Of a stretch of DNA of 64,000 nt, positions 1 through 11,216 are shown in pieces. Made by a program: the position numbers and the translations under genes. The notes beneath the pieces are model-generated. The model made no database searches. It was not told the DNA's origin and worked only from the letters and a program-made list of their open reading frames with translations. Position 1 is the first letter of the stretch. Each line of letters begins with the position of its first letter. This DNA is from Marsupella aquatica (lineage: Eukaryota; Plantae; Marchantiophyta). The stretch lies in contig OZ316892.1 in NCBI GenBank assembly GCA_973895155.1, positions 6,314,847 through 6,378,846 on the forward strand, given 5' to 3'.

Positions 1-1500
1 AAGGGGGGGTTAAGTTGGCCACTGGCCGGTGCAAGACTAGGCATGTACCCTAATGCCCTCCCATGTAGGAGCCGGGGGATTTCCTTTCTTTCTATTTTTT
101 AGGCGGCCATAGTATTAGAGTAATGTGGGCCGGGTCGAAATGTGTGAGTGGCCAAACACCACTTTGACCCTTGCCAGGAAGAGATAGGGAAAAGGAGCTT
201 TGGAGTGGGCCATACACAAAAATATTTAAAATAATAATAAATTTAAAAGAGCCTTGGCCATTTGGAGACCCCAACCAGGAGTATCTTTGCACCTGGGGGA
301 GGACCCAAAAGAGCCCCGGACACCGGAGGGCAAGCCCAAGGAGACCCCGGCCAGGAGGACAGTGATTACTAGAAGCAAGCAGTCAGATGAAGGTTAGTAC
401 GTGAGCCATACGGACCTTGGCCACACAAAAGTTGAATTTTCAATCTTCTCAGAACCAAGAACTTATAGGCTTATTGGAAGGAGCTCACCGAGCTAAATCC
501 AACAAGGTAAGACATGCCCCAAACGGAGTTAAAATGAGGGAGATACGGGCCGGAGTGTTTTTGTGACGAATTCCAGGACGAATTGGGGTCCAACGTCGTA
601 CGGACGTCTGTACATACTTCAGGTGAGTGACCCCGGCCAATTCCCGGCATGCGGCCTTGGCCAAAGTACCTCATATGATGTCGTGATGGGAGGCCGGGAC
701 CGTATGGACGACTTGGACGTGACAATGACCAGGGTAGAATCCAAGACTCGATAAGCCATATCTCGGGTGTCTGATGTCCGTTTTGGGAGCCGATTTCGGG
801 GTTACGATCAGGATGGCAGTGGCTATTCAGAAACGTTCTCAGGACAAGATTTCGAGCAAGTTATACTTTCGACAATTTTCATGGTCAGGGTAGTGGGAGG
901 CGGAGGCAGCCACGTAGTAGGAAGGCAGGCCATGGCCTACATAGGACTTACTCTAGTTTTTTTGTAGTTGATGTGATGGCCAACGAAGGCACCATTGGCC
1001 GCCCATAGGTAGCAATAGGGTTAGGAGTGCATGTATGTGCCGCATGTATAGAAAGCTTTTAGGTTAGAGGCGCCGCCAATGGATGGCGGCCAGCCAAGGC
1101 AGTGGCCACCGCCACACCCCCTAGGGCTTGTGTGTTCACGCGTTGTTGTTTTTGGTATTTAACCAACAGCCCCTGGTAGGAGTTGGGGGGACTCACTCTA
1201 GTGTTATTTTGTGAGGATTAGCCTTCAACAAGAATAGGGAATTGATCTGGAGTATTGAGGTGGAGAGGTGCTCATTGTACCATGAGGTAGGAGTTGAGTA
1301 GACGACAGGAGGCCGCGTTGCCCATGCAATGTGTTACCTTGGCCACTAAAAGATATAGATTCGGTTGAATTTTCAGGAATTCTTGTGTGATGTTCTCTCT
1401 CTTTGTTGCACAATTGTGTCCTCCCTTAGCGTGAATGTTTAGAAAAACTTACATGGTTTGGTTGATCCTATGAGTGGGAGAGTGGTGACAGCACTTTGCC
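1..1500. mobile_element. Probable degenerate LTR-retrotransposon (LTR-like) sequence
   Basis: Non-coding, repeat-like composition with no credible ORF, next to a gag remnant. Boundaries are not resolved. Confidence 0.3.
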
Positions 1501-2204
1501 AAAGGCCAGGAGGAGTAGGAACAAGATAGTCCACGGGACTTCGTCAAAAGCAGAGTACACATATAGTCGGTAGACTTGTTTCAGGAGCGAAAATGAATAT
1601 ACTCATCCTTAGTAGGAAATTAATCCATATAGCGTCCCTCCACGTCCCTGTCATACGATACAAACGATTCTTAGTGGAAACCAAACGGTATTTGTTGTGT
1701 TAATCATTTGATAAGCAGGTGACATTAGTGTTACTAACACTAATTTTGGTAAAAATGATTTTGAGTCCAAGTAACACTAATTTTGGTCGGTTTTCAAAAC
1801 AGTTTTTTCACTTTAGTTTAAATTGCTTGTAAAAAATGGATGATCTTGAGTCCAAAGTAACATGAATTGTTGTGAATTTTTCAAAATAGTTTTTTCCCTC
1901 TATTTTTCCACTCTTAAGACAATGTGCGCAAAAATTGTGTGAGCAGTAAATTAGTGTGACTAACACTAATTCGTGAGTAAACCCTTAAAATGGGTGCTCT
2001 CAAATTAGTGTTAGTCACACTAATTATGGTGAACAGTGTGCTTGATTATGGTTTGATGGTGTCCATATCATTTGTCAAAAGCAATGATCAGGATAGTTTG
2101 TGGCTATGTGAGGGATTGGGCAGTTTGAATCCAAGTTGATCTAGTAAGCAATTAGCTTCACTCATCATGAAAGTACAAGCAAATTCCAAAGTGCAAAGTT
2201 GTGC

Positions 2205-3700
2205 TCACAAGATTTCAGATAGACCCTTCTTAAAAAATTGTTTTGCTCTTTCAAGATTGCCATATTTGTGCTCTAGCTGCCTTAACTTAAGATGAAATTG
2301 AGCAGATGCTCTAAAATTCTCCTGAGAAAAAAATTGGCAAACCTTCAAATAAATCATCTTGGCAGTGGTACGTGCTTGTATACACTGTACCAACTTATGT
2401 AATCATTGGAAAAACCTCTGCAAGAACTCCTTCATTCTGAGTTGGTCCACGTTAAGTAAGGATGTGGCCTCCATGCTGGTGGATCTGAACTCTATCAAGA
2501 ATGTTTGCTTGAACATAGCCCAATCAGCCTTGACCTTGGCCAACAATGAAATGAACCATGGGCCTATCTCTCCTCTCATCATTCCAGGAATGGTAGTGAG
2601 CTTGTGTGTAGACTCTCCATTAACTTCAATAATTCCCTTGAACTCTTTGACCTATTCATGTGGATCATCTTTTGGTCTTCCTTAAAAGGAATGTACTGAA
2701 CACAGGTAAATTGAGCAGCCGCCATCATTGGGAACGGCCTTCTTGTTGCTGCTGGTAGTACTATGATTTGTGCCACTAGGGGTAGTGTGATGAGCTCAAG
2801 ACTTGAACTTCTCAAAAGCTCAGGTTGCACAACCACAAAGGGCTCCCCTTCCTTGGGCAGTTGGTCTCCATCCGGTTCTTGAGCCGGTACTTTGTCTAGA
2901 TGTATGGCCTTGTTACGTTGAGCCACCTCCTCTTGCACCCCAAGAGGTACTCCCAAATCCAATGGCAACCTCCTCTTGTCTGCAAGTTGTAACCGCTCTT
3001 CAACAACAACTCTTTGTCTAGTACTGATCCAAGAGTGTTAGATATTGCTCTAGTCTTGTGACTCATGAGCTAACCACAGTTAGTCTAACTCGGGTTAGGA
3101 CTTAGCTAATGTTAGCGGTAGTGCTGTTGTGCATATAGTCAGGGCTGATGCCAGACCCTGGTGGAACTTAGGCTCATTGTTACGGAGCTAGTTGAGAGAT
3201 AGGGAGAGCTTGTGCTGTGGATGCTTGGTATGGCCGATCGGCCTAGAGTGCAGTAAAGCTCTTATGTGTTCCCGTGGACGTAGCCTCATGTGGAGGTGAA
3301 CCACGTATCTCTCTGTGTCGACTCTTGTGCGTTGGATGGATTCATGGGCTTGCCGTTGCGAATGTCGTCTTTGCTCAACAAAGAGGGCTAGCTCCAGTAT
3401 TGGCGTATGTGTGTGTTGGGGACTTCCTCTACCTCCCTGGCCTTCTCCCTTTTGACATCCCGTGAGACCTGCATGCCAAGCTCACACAAAATTTATCCAA
3501 TAAAATCTTCTCAAACATCAACCATCGCCAGCTGCGTTGCGGTTGACGTAGTACTACAACAAAGTAACCAATGTTTTCCCAAGTATCAACTGTCACAAGT
3601 TGCATTGTGGTTGATACGTCTATAATAAAATCCAAATAAACGTAGCTCCCCTCCTTCTGCAATCAAACAAGAAGAAAGTTTCTTTGGCAACAATGCCAAA
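2205..3700 (-). mobile_element. Degenerate Ty3/Gypsy (Athila-like) element: gag remnant plus PBS-like site
   Basis: The minus strand translates GRPKDDPHE*VKEF...MRGEIGPWF...DWAMFKQTFLIEFR, a retrotransposon gag pattern with stops. TGGCATTGTTGCC (3698-3686, minus) resembles the Athila-type PBS. Confidence 0.55.
3036..3380 (+). mobile_element. Solo LTR (~345 bp), copy 1
   Basis: TGTTAG...CTCAACA termini; perfect 5-bp TSD AAGAG (3031-3035 and 3381-3385); homologous to 8949-9291 and 60615-60955. Confidence 0.8.
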
Positions 3701-5405
3701 AACAGGACTACACTTATGTGAACAACTTGTGAAACCATTTAAGGGCCGGAATGAAAGAAAAAAGGAAAAAAGTGAGTCAGATAGGTTTGGGGACAAACAA
3801 GAAAACAGGTGGAAGGTTAGTGTGGGAAAGAGGGGGAAAATTTGGGGTTGCAAATTCAGGTTTAATAAACATTATATATGTAATTCTCTCATTCCACCAC
3901 TAACAATGGTCCAACACAAAAACAAGATCAAAGTCTTTAATGGTGGAAATGAGATAACCTTTGTGGGAGGACATGTGTTAGATTACTCACAAACATTGAA
4001 CCAAGGGTCCACAAACTAATTTTGGGTGGTTTATGGAGGAGCTAAGATTTGGAGAGGCAGAAATAAAAAATGTCTGAGGCCTTTAATGGTACTATGGCCC
4101 TGTTATAATTAGTTTGTGGACCCCTTGGCTAATAAAATCAGGGGAAGAGTCGATCTGAGCTGTCTCCATTTCTTATCTCCGGAAATCTCGTCCGTCCATC
4201 ATAATGGCCAATCTATGGCTCAAAAGAAAGATCTCAAATAGATATATGGATGGGTTCTGTCCGTTTTGCAAATGGGTTAATATTTTTCAAATGAAAAATT
4301 AAACAAATCCAAGCCTTCCTAGCCGTCGATTTTGTTGATTTTACGATCTTTGCAGTCCATTTTGTAATGCCTCTAGAAATCGTATCCATCCATGTTAGAA
4401 GGCGATCTAGGGTGCAAAAGAAAGATTTCAATGAGATCTACGACCGGGTATTTTTGTTTTGAGAATGAGTAAATAGTTTTGAGTATAAAATTTGATGAAC
4501 TTTCAAGATTCTAGCCATTCCTCCTCCCCGATCATGGGTTTCTATGTGCTCTTCCCAACATTAATGGTCGTACAATACGAGAGGTCCTTACATACCGGGA
4601 GTTGCGGTTTAACAAGGAAGTTATCAAGTTAGTTATTAGTCATTATTTATTATATGAGAAATATTTTTTATAAATCTTTGTTTTTAATTTTTAAAATTGG
4701 AAATGTAACTAAAACGGTTACATAGTGACAGTTTTAACTGTCTTGCTCTTTGCATTTCTAATGTTTTTACTTTTCTTTTTACGGTATGGTGTCCCAAAAT
4801 TTACACCCAAATTAACATAAACACGAATAAAAATTATAAGTTTGATTGACAAAACCCATGAATCTTGTTTGTTGCGGTTGTTGTTGACATGGCACGTTGT
4901 GGTGCCAGGAATTTTGGAAGGGACCTCTAGTGAGGTCCGTAATAATAGAAATAAAAAATATTTTAGACCTATAAATGTGTTAGTGCCCTCTTATCTTACA
5001 AGGGCAGTGTGGGCAAATATAGCCCCCTCAAGACTCGACCTCATTTTTCTAGGGCGTTATATGGCCCACAATGCCCTCTTAACAGGGGCGTTACTAAATG
5101 CTTACTACCGAGCATTACCCAACGAGATGCAAGAGAGCGACAATCTTGCAACCGACTCGATCCTCAGCGCTTGCCAAGATTTGATTGACCATCAAGCGGT
5201 GGACACCCACACGAACTGTTAAAGCATTAGAGCCATTTGCTTGCAACGACGACAGATCTCTTGCTTGATTTCTGCAGTTGTGATTCACTCGTTCGAAAGA
5301 AAGAATCTTGCATTGGTGTGTTGAACTGAAAGCCAGCGCTCTTGTTTCTCTGCGCAACTCTGCGGTGAGTGATAGATTTCAATTTGACGGGATTTGACGG
5401 GAACG

Positions 5406-6485
5406 ATGTCGGCAGCTGATGAATCCGGAGGTGGTGATGGAGCTCATGACACCAAGCTCGCTGGCGATGATCCCATCGTGCCGATTTTGGAAATTCCTCC
5501 TAACGAAGACCTTGGTCTCTCCACTGCAACGGTGGCCGCAGTCGAAGCCGCAGCGATGGAGGAGCAAGAGGAAGCTCTGGACCACATGGGAGCGGCAGCG
5601 GTGGCATCGTTGGACGAAATCAACTCTGTCATTGACTTGCAAGCTCCAGAGCTCATTGAAACTACGACAGTGGTGACAACAACGACGACGACCATCACAG
5701 AAACCGAAACCATTTCATTGCTGGTCCCGGATATTCCGATGGAGCCGACGTTGGAGGAGACTACAACTTTGGGGAAGAGGGAGAAACCTGAAGAAGAGGG
5801 TTTAGGGTTTAATGGAGAAGGGGCTGTAGAAGGAGAATCGGTCCCGCCAACGAAGAAGGCGAAGGGGGCCACGAACGGAGAGCCAGAATTAGGGGTTGCG
5901 GCGGATGCTGGTGCGGCTGCAGGAATGGAAGAAGAAGGGGAGAAGAATGGTGTTGTGGAGAAAATCATCGAACCTGTGAAGCTCGGTCCTAAGACTTTTA
6001 GCTCGGGTGTGGAGATGTTTACGTATTTTTACGATCTCCTTCATGCGTGGGTGTCAAATGTGGATGTGAACAAATACGAGTTTCTCGTTTTGTTGGATTT
6101 GATCAAGAAAGGGCACCGAGATGCTGAGGCTAAAATTGGGTCAGGGATTCAGTCTTTTCAGATTCGGTTCCATCCCGGATGGCACAGTAGATGTTATTAT
6201 CTGATCAGGACAGATGGGAGTGTAGACGATTTTAGTTATCGTAAATGTGTCGATAAAATCATGCCATTGCCTGAGAATTTGTTCTCTCCCAGTGGGGATC
6301 TTCTCGTAGACCAGCTGCTCGGGCCAGGGGAGGATGCTAATAAGTGGTCAAAGAAAAACAAAGGGAAAGACAATTTTGGTGATGGCTGGAGATCTAACCA
6401 TGGGGGTCAGAGCAACAGGGGAGGAGGACGTGGTGGACGAGGGGGTAGGCGAGGTGGTGGTCGGGGTGGGGGTTGGAGCCGTTGA
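5406..6485 (+). CDS. DUF3223/DCL-family protein (EMB514/DOMINO1-like), intronless
   Basis: Domain PVKLGPKTFSSGVEMFTYFY...LLDLIKKGH...KIGSGIQSFQIRFHPGWHSRCYYLIRTDGSVDDFSYRKC, with an acidic N-terminus and an RGG-rich C-terminus. First ATG is at 5406. Confidence 0.9.
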   Translation: MSAADESGGGDGAHDTKLAGDDPIVPILEIPPNEDLGLSTATVAAVEAAAMEEQEEALDHMGAAAVASLDEINSVIDLQAPELIETTTVVTTTTTTITETETISLLVPDIPMEPTLEETTTLGKREKPEEEGLGFNGEGAVEGESVPPTKKAKGATNGEPELGVAADAGAAAGMEEEGEKNGVVEKIIEPVKLGPKTFSSGVEMFTYFYDLLHAWVSNVDVNKYEFLVLLDLIKKGHRDAEAKIGSGIQSFQIRFHPGWHSRCYYLIRTDGSVDDFSYRKCVDKIMPLPENLFSPSGDLLVDQLLGPGEDANKWSKKNKGKDNFGDGWRSNHGGQSNRGGGRGGRGGRRGGGRGGGWSR

Positions 6486-8154
6486 TAAGTAATGTTTGGA
6501 GCTGATACCCCTGTCTTAGGCTTTAGGGTTTTGCAGTCTGAGTTTCGCAAAGTGCGGCTCTCAATTGCACTTTTTTGTAGAATTGGAGAAGAGAGATGTT
6601 GATCGGACTGCGTAGTCATTGACAATGATAGACTTTCGAACGTTTGGTGAAGCAGAGATACTTCAAGGACGGTATAGTTGTCGAAATAAATTGTAGTAAA
6701 CTTTCTGAGAATTTGCGAACAGAGATGCTAAAGGGGATGGTACAGTTGTTGAGGATGATATACTTGTGGACAATTCGGAAAGAGATGGGTAAAGGACGGA
6801 ATAGTTGTTAAGCTGATAGAGAGATTTCACCAGGCGATCCAAAGCACTCCCGTTGCTGGGAGCAACTGATGGCAATTTTGTCGAAACTGATAACATGTTT
6901 CGGGATAGATGTGATATATATATGACTGATTTTGCGTTTTACTGACTGAAAACGTTTTTGTTCTGCTGCCTCGCCGCACCGTACTAAGAAAGATTATGGA
7001 TTCGTGGATGTATGTCATTCTATCATTTGTCAAACGAGCGCGAGAAAGGGATTGCAGCTAAATTAGAAAAAATAAAACCTTAAGAGGCGAGAAAGGGATT
7101 GCAGCTAAGATAAACGAACCTTGACAGAGATCAAAGTTTGATACAGAGGGAGCTCTGTACTGACATTGCTATATGGCGAACACCTTCTACCTTATTTTGT
7201 CTTATTAGAAATATGAGTTCTGAATTTTCTTTTAAATCTGGCCTAGTGTATCATTTTTGTATTGGTTTGAGTTTAACAAATTATCTAACCCCTCTAGGAT
7301 TTCATTTCATTTGATATGTTTTATTGTGATAGCTTATCATGTATTTGATGAGATTTTTTTCTGCCATTGATTCTCTATTGCACGAGATGGTCAGACTCAC
7401 CAGGATGCACCCAATACAAAAACCAGAGATGCCCTTTAGGTTATATGTCCATTGGTGAAAAACTTTTCAACCCTTATGGTTTAGAGGCTAACAGGTGTCA
7501 CCTAAATAGTAAATCTTTCAATAGGGCCTAAAAGTAGAGTACAAAGCTAGAGTATAAAGCTAACATACTTTTCTGTCAACCACAAAATACTATACCTCTA
7601 AGTTACATTGACTTATAAGTTATGTACTTGTTTTTCACCTAAAAAGTACGGTAGTTTATTCACTTTAAAGGTGTGCATTTTTATTCTATTTATTTATTTG
7701 ATTCCCTCTTTTAATGCATTTGAATACTATGCTATAATTGCTATTTGATAAACTATTTAAATTAATTGATAGTTTACATAGGATACAATTGACATTATTG
7801 TCAATAAGTTAAAATAGCTGTGTCTTAGAACGAACATGCTATATGAAGAACGAACATGAATTCGTGGATGTTTGTCACTCTATCATTTGTCAAACGAGCT
7901 CGAGAAAAGGGATTGTAGCTAACATAAACAGACGTTGACAGAGTTCAAAGAATGACTCCCGGATGAGGGGGCTTGTGTTCCATTTCTGTATAGTTCATCT
8001 TCTATCTCTTGTTCTCTCTCTGTCTCCTTTGTCTTTGTCTCAGGGTGACTTAACATGAGGATGGCCCCAAGGCCACACCTAACGGAGGGTCATCCTTTTC
8101 TTTACAAACTTCAGAAGCTGATTCAGTACAGATCTCAAATGGATCATTATCAAT

Positions 8155-8366
8155 GTCACTATTAAGATTGGGCCCAACAACTAGTGGAAAGAAAAATGGT
8201 CCTAGCAACATAAAGAAACCATCCAACGAGATGGTCTAAAACATTGAGAGAAGTGGCCCTGTCACTCTTAAGGTTGGGCCCAACAACTAGTGGAAAGAAA
8301 AATGGTCCTAGCAACATAAAGAAACCATCTAAGGAGATGGTCTAAAACATTGAGAGAAGTGGCCCT
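8155..8366. repeat. Two-copy tandem repeat, ~106-bp unit
   Basis: TGGGCCCAACAACTAGTGGAAAGAAAAATGG... occurs at 8169 and 8275. Confidence 0.85.
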
Positions 8367-8386
8367 GCCACATTGGGTAGGTAACC

Positions 8387-8849
8387 ACTCAATATTACTA
8401 ACATGTCTCCCAAACAAAATCAATTATTAACCTGCCACCCATTTTGTATTTGGGTTAAGCCACCCATTTTGTATTTGGGTTAGTATTAACTCATATACGG
8501 TTTCCCATTGCGATGTGGCAAGTTGCTACTGTCTAGCCTCTACCCTCTCCAACCCCCCTCGGTCTCCCTTCCTTGCTGCGTTCTCCTGACTAAAAATGAG
8601 GGCCAAAAGTGTCCACTTTTTGTGAGGAGAGTGGGGCACAAAACAACTTATTTTCACCCCTCCCAGACCCATGACTGTGCCCTGCAATGGGGAAGGGGGC
8701 CCAAGGGAGGTCGCAATGGGCTGAGACTAGTCAGTAGTGACTTGTCACATGGCAACATGATCATGTGTACAAGTTAATACTAACCCGCATACAAGTGGAG
8801 GGCAGGTTGATAATTAATTTTGTTGGGGGACAAATGAATAATATTGGGT
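8387..8849. mobile_element. MITE-like element with long imperfect inverted termini
   Basis: 8387-8490 (CAATATTA...AAAATCAATTATTAACCTGCC...GGGTTAGTATTAACT) is inversely complementary to 8772-8849. Confidence 0.5.
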
Positions 8850-8948
8850 AATTTGGAGGACAGGTTAGTAAAATATTAGTACACTAGTAACTTCATACCA
8901 TTAGGCATAGTTTGGGCAGGCCTTATTCAAGGTATTTGATTTCATATT

Positions 8949-9291
8949 TGTTGAGCATAGACAACAATCATAACAACAAGCCCATGAACCACCTAATGTA
9001 CAAGTATCGACAATGAGAGATACGTGGTTCACCTCAACATGAGATTACGTCCACGGGAACACACAACAACTTTACTGTACTCTAGGCCAACCGGCCATAC
9101 CAAGCATCCATAACACAAGCTTTCCTTACTTCTCAACTGGCTCCGTTACAATGAGCCTGAGTTCCTCCTATCCAAACAAACACAGCTGGGGGTGGTGTGT
9201 GCACAACATGACTAACCTAACCTAGTTTGCGACTAAGGTTAGCCCTAATTGCGGTACAGTCGTAACTCTGACCTAAGAGTAAATCCTAACA
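8949..9291 (-). mobile_element. Solo LTR, copy 2 (inverted)
   Basis: Reverse complement of the copy 1 core; TG...CA termini; flanks ATATT/ATATC (4/5 TSD). Confidence 0.75.
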
Positions 9292-11216
9292 ATATCATCA
9301 TGCAAAGTTTGGGCAACGAGCGAGCATAAATGACTTTCGAGATACCCATCCCCCCAAATGGAAGAGTGTCGTGCAACCGATCCACAGGCGCATGGCACCA
9401 TTTTTTTAGTGACTAAAATTTGCCAAATTCCACCTCCCCAAATTTTTTTGCCACTTTTGGCTAAAATTTGCTACTATTTCTTTGTCTCAATAGCCAGTTT
9501 TCCACCTAATCATAGGCCCCATTAGCCAGAATGTAACCGTCAAGGGAGATCTTACACTCATGATAATTAACTGAATAATGAATAGTTTGAGCATCTTCTC
9601 CTTCCCACACCATACATTAGCCACCATGGCAAAAAGTAAATCATCTTTTAAATACATTGCCACTAACGATGGTTGAATTTGCAATATTACCACCTTTTCT
9701 TTTGTAGCTACAAAATTGTCAATGTTGGTTTCTGAAAACACTAAGCCCTGGAGATATATGCTTGATGGGCCCCCTGGTGAACCTTTTTTACCTGATGGGC
9801 CCCTAGGTAACTTTTTTTTACCAAGTAGGACCCCTCTTAATGACCAGTACACCTGTTCTTGTGTGGTGCCTACACCTGTCCTTGTGTGGTGCCTACTATG
9901 TATGGTGACTCCAAGCAAACTGTACAGTTGAACCGTGCGGTCAACCTTGCATGGTCGACCGAGAAACCACGGAGATGATTCGGGAGAAACTGCGAAAAGC
10001 GACTGCCGCTGTCAAAACTACGATTCGAAGACAATATGCATTATGTCTTCGGATTCACTGGGTTAATGCCTAAAGACACAATGGATTATGTCTTCGGGTT
10101 CAAATTTTTACCGTATCGTGGGGTAGTTATTAGGTATGTTTTTCATGTTGCGCACATGGGTTTTTCACGATGTTTTCATGCACGATTGTCAGCGTCAATG
10201 TGGGGTCCCTCCAAATGTCCACAAAGAATATTCAAGTTCAATGTTCATAATTTGCTTACTACCGCCACAACAAAAATTGGCAAATGATTGACAATTGCAC
10301 TCAAAAAATGGTAATATTTCCATGTGCAATGCATACAAACAATTTCAAAAGAAGACAGACCCAAAAATGTAGGGGTACACCCTAAACCCTAAACCTTGAA
10401 ACACGGGACTCTTTATCTCGTAAGCCCTGGTTACTTTGGTGAACTTGTTATTCATATACTAAATTATGATATTTTTATATAAATAAAAAAACATTTGAAA
10501 TATTGTCAAAGTAAAACATGACAAAATACTTCAAAGCTGAAATATAGTACTTAAAAAAAAACGCCAGCGCACAAGCCACAAGGCATATCTGTGCAGCCGC
10601 ACAAGATCCAGCATTAAAATTCTGGCAGGCAGTCACACCTTTAGCCAGTTGGTACTGATCGACTCGACTCAAGATACGGCATTAAATTATGGCAAGCAGT
10701 CACAGCAGTCACAGTCATCTCCAGCCAGTTCGCGCTGAATCGCTGATCGAGTCGACTGAAATACAGTATTTGATTGACGCCTACCCACCTGCAGATCACA
10801 ACAGAATCTCAGAGCGTTTCCAACTTTCCATTGCACTGGACAGCGAGACGCAGAAAATCGGTGGCAGAGCAGAAAGCGAAGTACCGAGTACCACTGTACT
10901 CGGATTGCAGCATGGCCCTCGGGAAGAACTTCTAATTGCCAAAAGAGAAGCGAAGGAGTGAGAGAAGAGGGAGAAGAAAGAGCAATGCGTGAGATCTTGC
11001 GATGTACGCGACGACGATTTCGCCCTGAAGAAGCAGCAGCTGTCGCGCCGTTGCCTTGTCGTCAGGTAGAAAGCGGTCTACAATTGGTTCGATTGATTGA
11101 TTGATTCAATCTCAATTTGGTTTTCGTAAGAAACGTCCGTCCAGCATCTCTTTGCGGCAGCTGTGCCGGAAGAGCGCTTGAGCTGTCAAGAGGAGGAGGA
11201 GGAGGAGGAGGAGAGG

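Noticed and set aside
5444-5968. Long antisense ORFs over real genes (also 55475-56008, 58047-58385, 42923-43438)
   Set aside because: These are shadow frames of coding sequence on the opposite strand.
10689-10961. 90-aa ATG ORF upstream of CBL as a separate gene
   Set aside because: No recognisable domain or splice connection; at most it is a leader ORF.
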